Shown here piece after piece: positions 1 through 8,059 of a DNA stretch of 64,000 nt. The DNA comes from Bdellovibrionota bacterium (lineage in GTDB: Bacteria; Bdellovibrionota_C; UBA2361; JBGSMV01). The notes beneath the pieces are model-generated. The model was not told the DNA's origin and searched no databases. It was given only the letters and a program-made list of their open reading frames with translations. Where the stretch lies: assembly GCA_041739995.1 (NCBI GenBank), contig JBGSMV010000042.1:1-64000 (forward strand), written 5' to 3'. Numbering within the stretch: the stretch's first letter is position 1; each line of letters opens with the position of its first letter. Made by a program: the position numbers and the translations under genes.

Positions 1-208
1 AAGTAGCGGTGCTTTAACTCGTCAAAACCTACTATTTCTCTCATATTTCCAGAACCTTATAAAAGTTCGGTAACTGGAATTATGAGGCTTCAACCACTCA
101 AACAGCTTCTCTTTGGTAACCTTTTTTATGAGGCTTATCGCTGAAGTTTAAGTGCGCAACCTTCTTGAGAAGCGCTCCATAACAAAGGGGTCACGTTGTT
201 AGGCATGG

Positions 209-1918
209 GTGTTTTCAGTGGGCGCATTTTCATCAAAGGCTTCGATTGCCTTCCTCAGTATGGCGGCCTCCTTAGGAGGAGCTCAATCCCACGCACCCAG
301 TCCTCCTGAGCACCCTGAAAGTGTTACTACTCAACAACTTCAGGCCACCCCTGAATGGAAGAGTATCGCCGCTGGACTTGATGCCTCACATGAGCGGTGG
401 CGTTTCTTGCCACCTGAGATTCATGATCGGGTTCATCAGCTTCTTGATGGCATCGCCATCGAAGGCATGACGAGAAAAGAACTTTCGTTGCAGTACATTC
501 GAGGCGGGGTACTAGTTGGGCATGTTTCTTTTTCCCCCAATGACGCTCGGCCATTTGCTCTTGGGGAAGATTTTAGTCCTCGAGCGGTAGAGAGCGCTAA
601 TCAGCAGCTCAAGCCTTTGGGCGCTCTCGGTAATTATCTTATCCCGGAAGGTGGTTTTGCGCTGAGCGAGACGGGCGACTTTATCATTCGTTTAGCGCTC
701 ACCCCTGGTAAAGAGGCACTACCGATCTCTCAGGTAACTCCGTTGACCCTTGACGTGAGCACGACAGCGCAGCGCGCTGATGCGTGGGCTACCGCTTTGG
801 GACTTTTGAAGCTTGGTGAGGCCAGCCAAATCCCCGACCTTGCTGCTAAAGCGCAACATGTTTTCTCAGCGCTCCGCGACAAGTACGAGCAGGAGGGGGA
901 TTTTTTTTCGCGAAATCTTGCGCAGGCGATGGTGTGTGCGACAGGGAAAAGCGTTGAGCCGTATCGGCGGTATGTCGACTATGGACGCATTGGTCCGGAT
1001 GCTATGGAGCAGGTTCCAGCTCCTTTGCGCATACAAGTAATTTCGCTCAACGGGCTCACCGACAATATGCCCTCGAGATCGGCGCTTGAGGTTCAAGCCG
1101 AGCGAATGAAGGACGTTGAGGCACCTGCCCATCTCATACGTCTGGTTACGCTCGAAGAGAGAACTGGTCTTATCAGCGCTGATTGTGCGGCCATTGCACG
1201 AACTGAGATAAAAAACGCCATTTTCTACGCACACTCCGAATTAGCAGAGTACACTGAGCCCACTCTAGAGAACGGTATCGGAATTGTGAGAAAATTCTTC
1301 GAAGAAGACTTTGCAAACGAGTACCGCTATCGAGATTCATTTCAGGGCGTAGGAAGTGGCCTCGCGCTTCGTCGTACTGATTGTAGTACTAGGGCGCTTA
1401 TTGCGCGTGAGATGCTTCGAGCCATGAACATTGATGCAGGCGCAGAGATAATAGTGGCACAGAAAGATGGAAGCGATGCCGAGGGTATTCCGGGGCATAT
1501 GTATAACTTTATTCGGGTTCCGAACGGGACGACGCGCTTCGTCGATTTCTGTACTCCAGTAGGTAAGGAGTTCATATTTGATACGAATACTCACTTTCTT
1601 GAACGCTATGTCGGAGACTCTGGATATACCGCTCGCGTGCTCATGAGTTCGTCTAACGATGGCGCGGTATATGCGGCGATGCTTCGCGAGCCAGTGACGA
1701 ATGATATTGCTGCTTTTGTGCGGGCATTTGAAGCGGGGAAGGCGGATCTCGAAGATTTCTTAAAGGCAAACCCCGAAGCTACGGAGCTTGTCGAGAGCTT
1801 GAAGGCTTACTCAAAACACCAAGATGAGCTTTTTGGAACGGAGGAGACTGAACTTTGGCTGCAAGGGACACTGGCGTCCTTGCGGAAACTGTATGGTCAG
1901 CACTTCTCAGATCACTAA
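209..1918 (+). CDS. Secreted protein with C-terminal transglutaminase-like (Cys-His-Asp) domain
   Basis: 569 aa ORF; signal-peptide-like N-terminus; C-terminal TDCSTRA...LRAMNI...GHMYN...FVD matches the transglutaminase-like core spacing. Confidence 0.6.
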   Translation: MFSVGAFSSKASIAFLSMAASLGGAQSHAPSPPEHPESVTTQQLQATPEWKSIAAGLDASHERWRFLPPEIHDRVHQLLDGIAIEGMTRKELSLQYIRGGVLVGHVSFSPNDARPFALGEDFSPRAVESANQQLKPLGALGNYLIPEGGFALSETGDFIIRLALTPGKEALPISQVTPLTLDVSTTAQRADAWATALGLLKLGEASQIPDLAAKAQHVFSALRDKYEQEGDFFSRNLAQAMVCATGKSVEPYRRYVDYGRIGPDAMEQVPAPLRIQVISLNGLTDNMPSRSALEVQAERMKDVEAPAHLIRLVTLEERTGLISADCAAIARTEIKNAIFYAHSELAEYTEPTLENGIGIVRKFFEEDFANEYRYRDSFQGVGSGLALRRTDCSTRALIAREMLRAMNIDAGAEIIVAQKDGSDAEGIPGHMYNFIRVPNGTTRFVDFCTPVGKEFIFDTNTHFLERYVGDSGYTARVLMSSSNDGAVYAAMLREPVTNDIAAFVRAFEAGKADLEDFLKANPEATELVESLKAYSKHQDELFGTEETELWLQGTLASLRKLYGQHFSDH

Positions 1919-2455
1919 AAATTATTACCTTCCTGCGATGGGGCGTTCCCCTCACTGGAGGGGGGGGGCTTGGGGCATCAGAAATGCAGTCCCTAAAGCA
2001 ATCTCTTGCAGAATTGATTCCCACTATCTCTGTCTAAGTCATTGACGCGATCCACAATGCGCAAGACTTCGGGAACTCCGTTTCGGATTCGAGTCAATTC
2101 AATAGTGACTGGCTGATTCTTATTCAGAGTGACTTCGATGCTCGCCCCGGCAATTAGGTACGCTTAGACGCCTGCTGACGGTTCGCGTCCTGATTGCCTC
2201 ACTCGGGGGCCTGCGCCAACTTGATGAGTCCCAAAAGCTCGATGCGGCCTTTGCCCTTGTAGCACCCGTGCCCGCTCACTACAGGATTTCAATGGTCTGA
2301 AACCTTTGGACCATAAACTATCGAACGATCTGGGTAGCGTTTAGTTGAGGCCTCGCAACCCGTGAGGCGAATTTGGACTTCGCAACGGTAGGAACTTTCT
2401 TAGTTTCCGAGGTTGTGATGAGCTCTGATTGTATAGGTTTGACTTGGAGTCTTTA

Positions 2456-2716
2456 GTGGAACAGAACAGGAAAAACTCGCGAAGGTCGTTTCTCCCCCCG
2501 GTACGTGAAATACACGAGCTTGGATTACGGACCTCGACCATTGGTCGTCTAACAGCAGCCGGTGTTCAGACGGTCGCGCGTGTGAAGTTTCATGGTAAAC
2601 CGGGGCTTAGTCAGCTGGCTGAGTCCGGTAGCCTTACCCCGCGTGATGTTACTGATGTCCAAAATGCATTCGATCAACTTCAGATACCTTGGTCTCGCGG
2701 AAAGAAAGGAAGCTGA
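2456..2716 (+). CDS. Small stand-alone RNA polymerase alpha-CTD-like protein
   Basis: IHELGLRTSTIGRLTAAGVQTVARV fits the alpha-CTD pattern I.EL.L...N.L..AGI.TV..L; GGAG at 2446-2449 precedes GTG 2456 (ORF track starts at 2429). Confidence 0.55.
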   Translation: MEQNRKNSRRSFLPPVREIHELGLRTSTIGRLTAAGVQTVARVKFHGKPGLSQLAESGSLTPRDVTDVQNAFDQLQIPWSRGKKGS

Positions 2717-2778
2717 AATAGTATCCTGCGATGCTGCTCCCTTGGTTTTCATGATCGAGGGCCGATTCTAAAATTCAG

Positions 2779-3678
2779 CTAGGCTTCCCGCTCGAGCGCC
2801 CGTCGCGCCGCATCTAATTCTTTGCGCTTGGTTTTATCCACTTTTGGGTAGGTGAGTTTGAGGTCCGCAATAGTTCGAGCAACGATTTCGGCCACTAGGG
2901 CACGTGCGACCCATTTACTATCAGACGGAATCACGTACCAAGGCGCATAGGAAGTGCTTGTTGCTGAGAGCATCTGCTCATAGGCTGCTTGGTAAGCCTC
3001 CCAGTGTTTGCGCTCGGCGACATCGGCGGCAGAAAACTTCCAGTGTTTGGAGGGATCGTTTAAGCGGTCCAGGAAGCGCTTCTTTTGCTCCTCTTTGGAA
3101 ATGTGGAGAAAGAATTTTAATATTTTCGTCCCATTGCGAGCGAGGTGGCGCTCGTACGTCTTAATATCGTCAAAACGCTCATCCCAAATACGTTTGCTGA
3201 TTTTATCAGCTGGAAGTCCCGTCTTTCCTAAGAGTTCTGGATGAACTCTTACTACCAGCACGTCTTCATAGTGTGAGCGATTGAAAATGCAAATCTTACC
3301 GCGTTCTGGAGCAGCTTTCATGGTGCGCCACAGAAATGTGTGATCGAGTTCTTCGCTGGACGGTTGCTTAAAGGATCGCACTTCGCAGCCCTGTGGATTT
3401 ACGCCCGACATGACATGTTTAATCATGCCGTCTTTTCCGGCCGCGTCCATGGCTTGCAGCACAATCAGAAGCGAGTACTGGTCAGCCGCCCACAGCACAT
3501 CTTGTTCTCGTCGCAAGTCCTCGAGACTCTCGGACAGTGCTGCTTGAGCCTTCTCTTTTAAGTCTTTCTTGCTCGTCGCCTTGGTATTAATTTCTTCCCA
3601 CCCCGGATCTCGGCGATGCAGTGACGCTCGGGAGCCTGGTCGAATGAGAAAGCGGGAAACGAGTTTTTTATCAATCAT
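2779..3678 (-). CDS. ppk2: Polyphosphate kinase 2 family (polyP:nucleotide phosphotransferase)
   Basis: QAMDAAGKDG Walker A, FNRSHYEDVL, KHWKFS, APWYVIPSD motifs; start moved to ATG 3678. Confidence 0.93.
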   Translation of the reverse strand: MIDKKLVSRFLIRPGSRASLHRRDPGWEEINTKATSKKDLKEKAQAALSESLEDLRREQDVLWAADQYSLLIVLQAMDAAGKDGMIKHVMSGVNPQGCEVRSFKQPSSEELDHTFLWRTMKAAPERGKICIFNRSHYEDVLVVRVHPELLGKTGLPADKISKRIWDERFDDIKTYERHLARNGTKILKFFLHISKEEQKKRFLDRLNDPSKHWKFSAADVAERKHWEAYQAAYEQMLSATSTSYAPWYVIPSDSKWVARALVAEIVARTIADLKLTYPKVDKTKRKELDAARRALEREA

Positions 3679-3809
3679 AGGTTCGATTAAGGCAGCCAGA
3701 ATTGCGGAGGTCAATCAAATAAAGAGTTCGCTTCTAGAGGGTCTACAAGGTGATATTTTACTGCGGGAGACGCTGCGCTGTTGAAAGCGGGTGCCGCTTA
3801 AGCGGAGCG

Positions 3810-4286
3810 CTACTCCTGGCTTTCGAGCATCTTCAGCACGCTGCTGCCGCCCGGAATCATAGGAAGCAGATCGGAGATTTGTTTGAGCTCTTGATCGAGT
3901 TCGCCCGACAGGCTGTCGCGCGAGGGGGCTTTGGCTAAAGTTGCCTCAAGCTTTCGCTCCCAATTGAGAGAGCCATCGGGGTTGGAATCTAGTGCAGCAG
4001 CATTGACGAAGGGGCTTGCTGCGGGTGCTGCGGGTTGGCAGGTCGCGTCTTCGGGAGTGAGGCCATTTCGTTCTGGAGTGTAATATCTGTTGAGTCCGCT
4101 ACCGCATACACGCGATCCTTTGAACCGTCGACAGGTAGACTGCGAAGTCGGACGATTGGTAAAGACATTACCCTCACATCGCCACAAATCGCCCGCGGAG
4201 ACGCCGCTGGCTTGCAAGCTGCAAAGTATCAGCAAGCCGTAGATCGCCTTTCGGAGAGGTTTAAATTTTGAGGTGCTTTCCCGCAT
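3810..4286 (-). CDS. Secreted hypothetical protein (DUF4124-like N-terminus)
   Basis: Signal peptide followed by LWRC..N.FTNRP....C, typical of DUF4124-like domains. Confidence 0.5.
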   Translation of the reverse strand: MRESTSKFKPLRKAIYGLLILCSLQASGVSAGDLWRCEGNVFTNRPTSQSTCRRFKGSRVCGSGLNRYYTPERNGLTPEDATCQPAAPAASPFVNAAALDSNPDGSLNWERKLEATLAKAPSRDSLSGELDQELKQISDLLPMIPGGSSVLKMLESQE

Positions 4287-4498
4287 TGCTCCTGCTTGTC
4301 GTGTCTCCCTTTCAATTGGGCACGAGTAATATTCGGCGGGTTGACGCTATTAATTGACAATTGAGCTCTGTGAAATCGCACTGTGATTTCAGTCGATTAG
4401 CTGCCGACCTTCTTTCACCGATTGGTATGCGAGGTCGTGCGTCATTACTTTTCTAACGCGGGGGACGCGGTGGTCAGGGAGGTAGGGCTCCTCGGCGG

Positions 4499-5134
4499 TC
4501 AGTGCTTAATGATTCCGTTGGACTTGGTGATTCGAGAAACTTCTGCCTTTGGCGATGCAGCGGCGATCACCGCGTGATAATGGGCAATTAAAAGCTCGAG
4601 GCGTCCCTGTTCAGATCGTGCTTCAAGAACTTTCTGTTTGGTCTCATTTGGCATCTGTGCGACAGAAGAGAGCACAAACGACAACGGAGTGCTGGTCTCA
4701 GCGGTTTGTACCACCGGTCTCCCAGTCATCATCTCTGAAAAACGTGCATGTAAGCTGATAGCCTGCTCTCGAAGGGGGCTTACTGGTTCGTCGACGTTCT
4801 CGTCATTTAGTGGGAGTACCCTGCCTTCGAGGTAGGGTTGATCTTTGTAGGTTTCTCGGATGGTGTAACGCATGGCACCACGAATCAGCAGGTCGCACTT
4901 GCCATCAGGAAAACGTTTGAGAAAGCGCTCGATTCTTACTCCACACCCCACCGCGGCAAAGCCGTCTGGCTGAACGAGAGAAATGCCAAAAACGCCGAGG
5001 GCGCCGCGAGGCTCGACGTCAATAACGAGCTGCTTATATCGTTCTTCGTAGATATGCAGGGGGAGTGCTTCTCCTGGGAGCACCACTAGAGGCAAGGGAA
5101 ACAGAGGAATGCGAACAGTTTCTTCGGGTTTCAT
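4499..5134 (-). CDS. LON peptidase substrate-binding (N-terminal) domain protein, no protease domain
   Basis: IPLFPLPLVVLPGEALPLHIYEERY signature; start moved to ATG 5134. Confidence 0.88.
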   Translation of the reverse strand: MKPEETVRIPLFPLPLVVLPGEALPLHIYEERYKQLVIDVEPRGALGVFGISLVQPDGFAAVGCGVRIERFLKRFPDGKCDLLIRGAMRYTIRETYKDQPYLEGRVLPLNDENVDEPVSPLREQAISLHARFSEMMTGRPVVQTAETSTPLSFVLSSVAQMPNETKQKVLEARSEQGRLELLIAHYHAVIAAASPKAEVSRITKSNGIIKH

Positions 5135-5211
5135 AAGGACATCGAAGGACTCAAATTGGTAGCGACACCATCGGGAGTGATCCAAACTATAATAGTCAAA
5201 GCGAGGGGCAT

Positions 5212-5976
5212 ATGACTACTCCTTCTATTTCAGATCGACCGATAGCAGTTATTTCTGCACTTCCTCAGGAAGCCCATGATATTCAAGACGCGTTGGCCAA
5301 TAGGCAGTCTATAAAGTGGGCCGGGGGCGTTGTATGCCAGGGTATGTTGGAAAACCGAACGGTGGCGCTGAGTATCTGCGGGGTGGGAAAGACCCTAGCG
5401 GCTATGACCGCACAGCATGTACTTGAAAAGTATCAGCCGCGTGCGCTGATATTTGTAGGCCTTGCGGGGGGCATTAGCCCTAAATTTAAGCGTGGTGATG
5501 TGATTCTTGGTGAGGAACTTCTGCAGCATGACATGGATGCGAGACCCGGAGGATTCCAACGGGCGGAAATTCCGTATACCGGTATTCGAGTTCTCAAAGG
5601 GGATGAGAGGCTGCTGTCTATTGCGGAGTGCGCAGTGCTTGAAGGCCATAGAGTTATTAGAGGTCGAATTCTGACCGGAGATCAGTTTGTGACGCATGCC
5701 GCTCCAAAGAAGTCAGTTGACGGTCCGGGGGAAGTGGCGGCGACCCAGTGGGAGTATCTCTCGCAGGAGCTTCAGGGCGATGCGGTAGAGATGGAAGGCG
5801 CGAGCATTGCGCTTGTGGCGCATCTGCATAGGGTCCCGTGCTTGATTGTTCGCACCATTTCAGATGGAGGCGACCCGGACGCTTTTAGAGATTTCTCAAG
5901 CTTCCTGTCGGAAGCTTCGCACCGTTCCCTGAAGGTGCTGCGACATATTCTTAAACATTATTCGACTGGTCAGTGA
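5212..5976 (+). CDS. mtnN: 5'-methylthioadenosine/S-adenosylhomocysteine nucleosidase
   Basis: CGVGKTLAA, GLAGG, TGDQF, VEMEGA, RTISD motifs. Confidence 0.9.
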   Translation: MTTPSISDRPIAVISALPQEAHDIQDALANRQSIKWAGGVVCQGMLENRTVALSICGVGKTLAAMTAQHVLEKYQPRALIFVGLAGGISPKFKRGDVILGEELLQHDMDARPGGFQRAEIPYTGIRVLKGDERLLSIAECAVLEGHRVIRGRILTGDQFVTHAAPKKSVDGPGEVAATQWEYLSQELQGDAVEMEGASIALVAHLHRVPCLIVRTISDGGDPDAFRDFSSFLSEASHRSLKVLRHILKHYSTGQ

Positions 5977-5980
5977 GGGT

Positions 5981-6961
5981 ATGGAGCGAATTCAGTTATT
6001 CCCAATAGTCTGTTGTTATTTTCTATTCATACTTAGTCTCGTTTTAGACGTGCGTGTAACCTTGGCGCAATCTCTGGGTCTTCAAGATCAATTCGTTCTG
6101 CGCTCGTCTCATCTTGGAATTGTCTCAGACCGGGCCCAGGTTGTTGCAGAAGGAGATTTTCAAACTGCACTGCGATCGAGCGTGACCAATACCTATCTGA
6201 TCAATGATGTTTATACCGTAGACCTTGAGCAGAGAGTCACTGAATTGCTTCTGACATATGGAGCAAACCAAGACACTCAGCTTGACTTGGTGCTTCCGCT
6301 GGCTTGGCGAGGAGGAGGTGTTTTTGATCACGGCATTCGAGAGTGGCATCAGTGGTGGGGACTGCCTTCAGCTGACAGAGATGACGTCAAGAACAACCAG
6401 TATTTGGTTGAGGGTGAGACGGACAAGGGAACCTTTAATATTCCGCAAACGGGTTTTGGATTTAGTAATGTGAATCTTCGGGTAAAGCAGAGGTTGTCGT
6501 CCTTTAGTGAGGGTCTCAGCGATCTGGTCGTAAGCACTGCGTTGACTCTATCGTTGCCGACTGCTTCGCCAGGATTTGGGCATGATGCGGTGGATGCTTC
6601 ATTTGAAATTCTGGGCGGGATTCGCAGTGGGTCATGGGAATTTAATTCGGGACTTGGATTCGTAATGTTGTGGGACCGCTTTGAGCAAGGTCTTGAGTAT
6701 CGACCGCTTGTTCCTCAGAGTTTTCTTTCAGCTGTCTACAAGCCAGTGGAATATCTGGCGCTCACGGCAGCATTGTTAGGGGGCGTTCAGCCGTTAAACA
6801 ATGTTTACGGCGTTCCGGACGGTTACGTAGTGCTAGATTTAGGAGCCAGTTTGCAGCTTGGTGAACGCAACAGCTGCGGGCTAAACGTGACGGAGAATCC
6901 CTATCCGTCTCGCGCTTCAGCTGATGTGACTGTTTCTCTCTCATGTTCCCGCCAGTGGTAG
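5981..6961 (+). CDS. DUF3187-family predicted outer-membrane protein
   Basis: Signal peptide; GGGVFDHGIREWHQWWGLP signature; terminal aromatic residue (W). Confidence 0.7.
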   Translation: MERIQLFPIVCCYFLFILSLVLDVRVTLAQSLGLQDQFVLRSSHLGIVSDRAQVVAEGDFQTALRSSVTNTYLINDVYTVDLEQRVTELLLTYGANQDTQLDLVLPLAWRGGGVFDHGIREWHQWWGLPSADRDDVKNNQYLVEGETDKGTFNIPQTGFGFSNVNLRVKQRLSSFSEGLSDLVVSTALTLSLPTASPGFGHDAVDASFEILGGIRSGSWEFNSGLGFVMLWDRFEQGLEYRPLVPQSFLSAVYKPVEYLALTAALLGGVQPLNNVYGVPDGYVVLDLGASLQLGERNSCGLNVTENPYPSRASADVTVSLSCSRQW

Positions 6962-7014
6962 CGGAAAGGAAAAAGATCTTCACTTTCTCTTTTCAAATTA
7001 TTATATAGCGGCGC

Positions 7015-7479
7015 ATGGGAAATCCAATTCATGCCAACTTTGATAGCCGACCAGCGATAGATGTTCTTGGCGATCGATATACCCTCTTGTTTTCATCTGA
7101 GGAAACGGGTGGGAGCTATGCTCTTCTAGAGTTTGAAATTCAGAAGGGTAGAGGATCACCGCCGCATATTCATTCTAGAGAGGACGAGTCTTTCTATGTC
7201 CTCTCGGGAGCGGTTGATTTCATGTTGGATGGGAAGACTGTGCACGCAAAGGCGGGGGATGTGGTATTTGGACCTAGGGGGATTTCCCACAACTTTACAG
7301 GTGCGAGCGACGTGCCGGCGCGTATGATTTGCCTTGTCTCTCCGGGAGGGTTTGAGAAATTCCTCGTCGCAGCCGGAACGCCAGTAGTGGATCGTGATCA
7401 GCCGCCGCCAGAGCCAACCGAGCAAGCGATTCAACACCTTCTCAAGATAGCTCCGGAGTTCGGACTCACGATGCTCTAG
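7015..7479 (+). CDS. Cupin domain protein (quercetin dioxygenase-like)
   Basis: PPHIHSREDESFYVLSG...GDVVFGPRGISHNF cupin motifs 1 and 2. Confidence 0.85.
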   Translation: MGNPIHANFDSRPAIDVLGDRYTLLFSSEETGGSYALLEFEIQKGRGSPPHIHSREDESFYVLSGAVDFMLDGKTVHAKAGDVVFGPRGISHNFTGASDVPARMICLVSPGGFEKFLVAAGTPVVDRDQPPPEPTEQAIQHLLKIAPEFGLTML

Positions 7480-7587
7480 GTCACGGCTTTACTTCACTTG
7501 ATTAGGCTAGGGTTTCCATTTGAAGGGGTTCTTGCAGCGAATCTTGAAGAGCTTATTCAAGTAGTTCAGATAGTTAAATAAGATATC

Positions 7588-7634
7588 GTTTGGCATGCCT
7601 AACAGTTGACACATTCACCTAGCGCACATAGGCT
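7588..7634 (+). promoter_or_regulatory. Sigma70-type promoter of feoAB with adjacent palindromic operator
   Basis: TTGACA (7606-7611), 17-bp spacer, TAGGCT (7629-7634); palindrome GTTTGGCATGCCTAAC (7588-7603, 14/16 symmetric) just upstream of the -35. Confidence 0.6.
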
Positions 7635-7719
7635 GTGTGGAGTAAGTGAAGCCGTTCGACGAATTGGAAGTGGCTTGCAAACTAAACACTGCAGAGTTGG
7701 GTGACCCTTGGAGAGCTTC

Positions 7720-8049
7720 GTGTCTGAACAGAATGCGCAAGAACATCTCAATACTACTCAGAGCTTCACTACTCAGAGCTTCGCGACTCAGGGTGCTGCG
7801 CGGCTTAAGATAACTCTCGATAAACTTCCACGTGGTACTGCGGCCCAAGTCTTAAAGGTTAAGGCGCTTAGCAGAGCGCTCCAGCAGAGACTTCTCTCCA
7901 TGGGAATCGTTGAGGGAGCAAGCGTACTTTTTAAGGGAGTCGCACCACTTGGCGATCCTCTCCAGATCGAAACGATGGGCTACCTACTTTCTCTTCGCCG
8001 GTCAGAAGCGGCTCAGATCGAAGTGACGCCGATTCTCGCGCGCTCGTAG
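7720..8049 (+). CDS. feoA: Ferrous iron transport protein A
   Basis: RLLSMGIVEG...APLGDPL...LSLRRSEA FeoA motif; upstream of feoB; GTG 7720 has a GGAG RBS (ORF track starts at 7708). Confidence 0.92.
   Translation: MSEQNAQEHLNTTQSFTTQSFATQGAARLKITLDKLPRGTAAQVLKVKALSRALQQRLLSMGIVEGASVLFKGVAPLGDPLQIETMGYLLSLRRSEAAQIEVTPILARS
7753..7791 (+). repeat. 15-bp tandem repeat (ACTACTCAGAGCTTC x2 plus partial) in the feoA 5' region
   Basis: Two exact copies at 7753-7782 and a degenerate third; encodes TTQSF-TTQSF-ATQ. Confidence 0.85.
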
Positions 8050-8059
8050 CACAACGCCT

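Noticed and set aside
7569..7587. Fur box upstream of feoA
   Set aside because: Only 11/19 match to GATAATGATAATCATTATC; the neighbouring palindrome is a better operator candidate.
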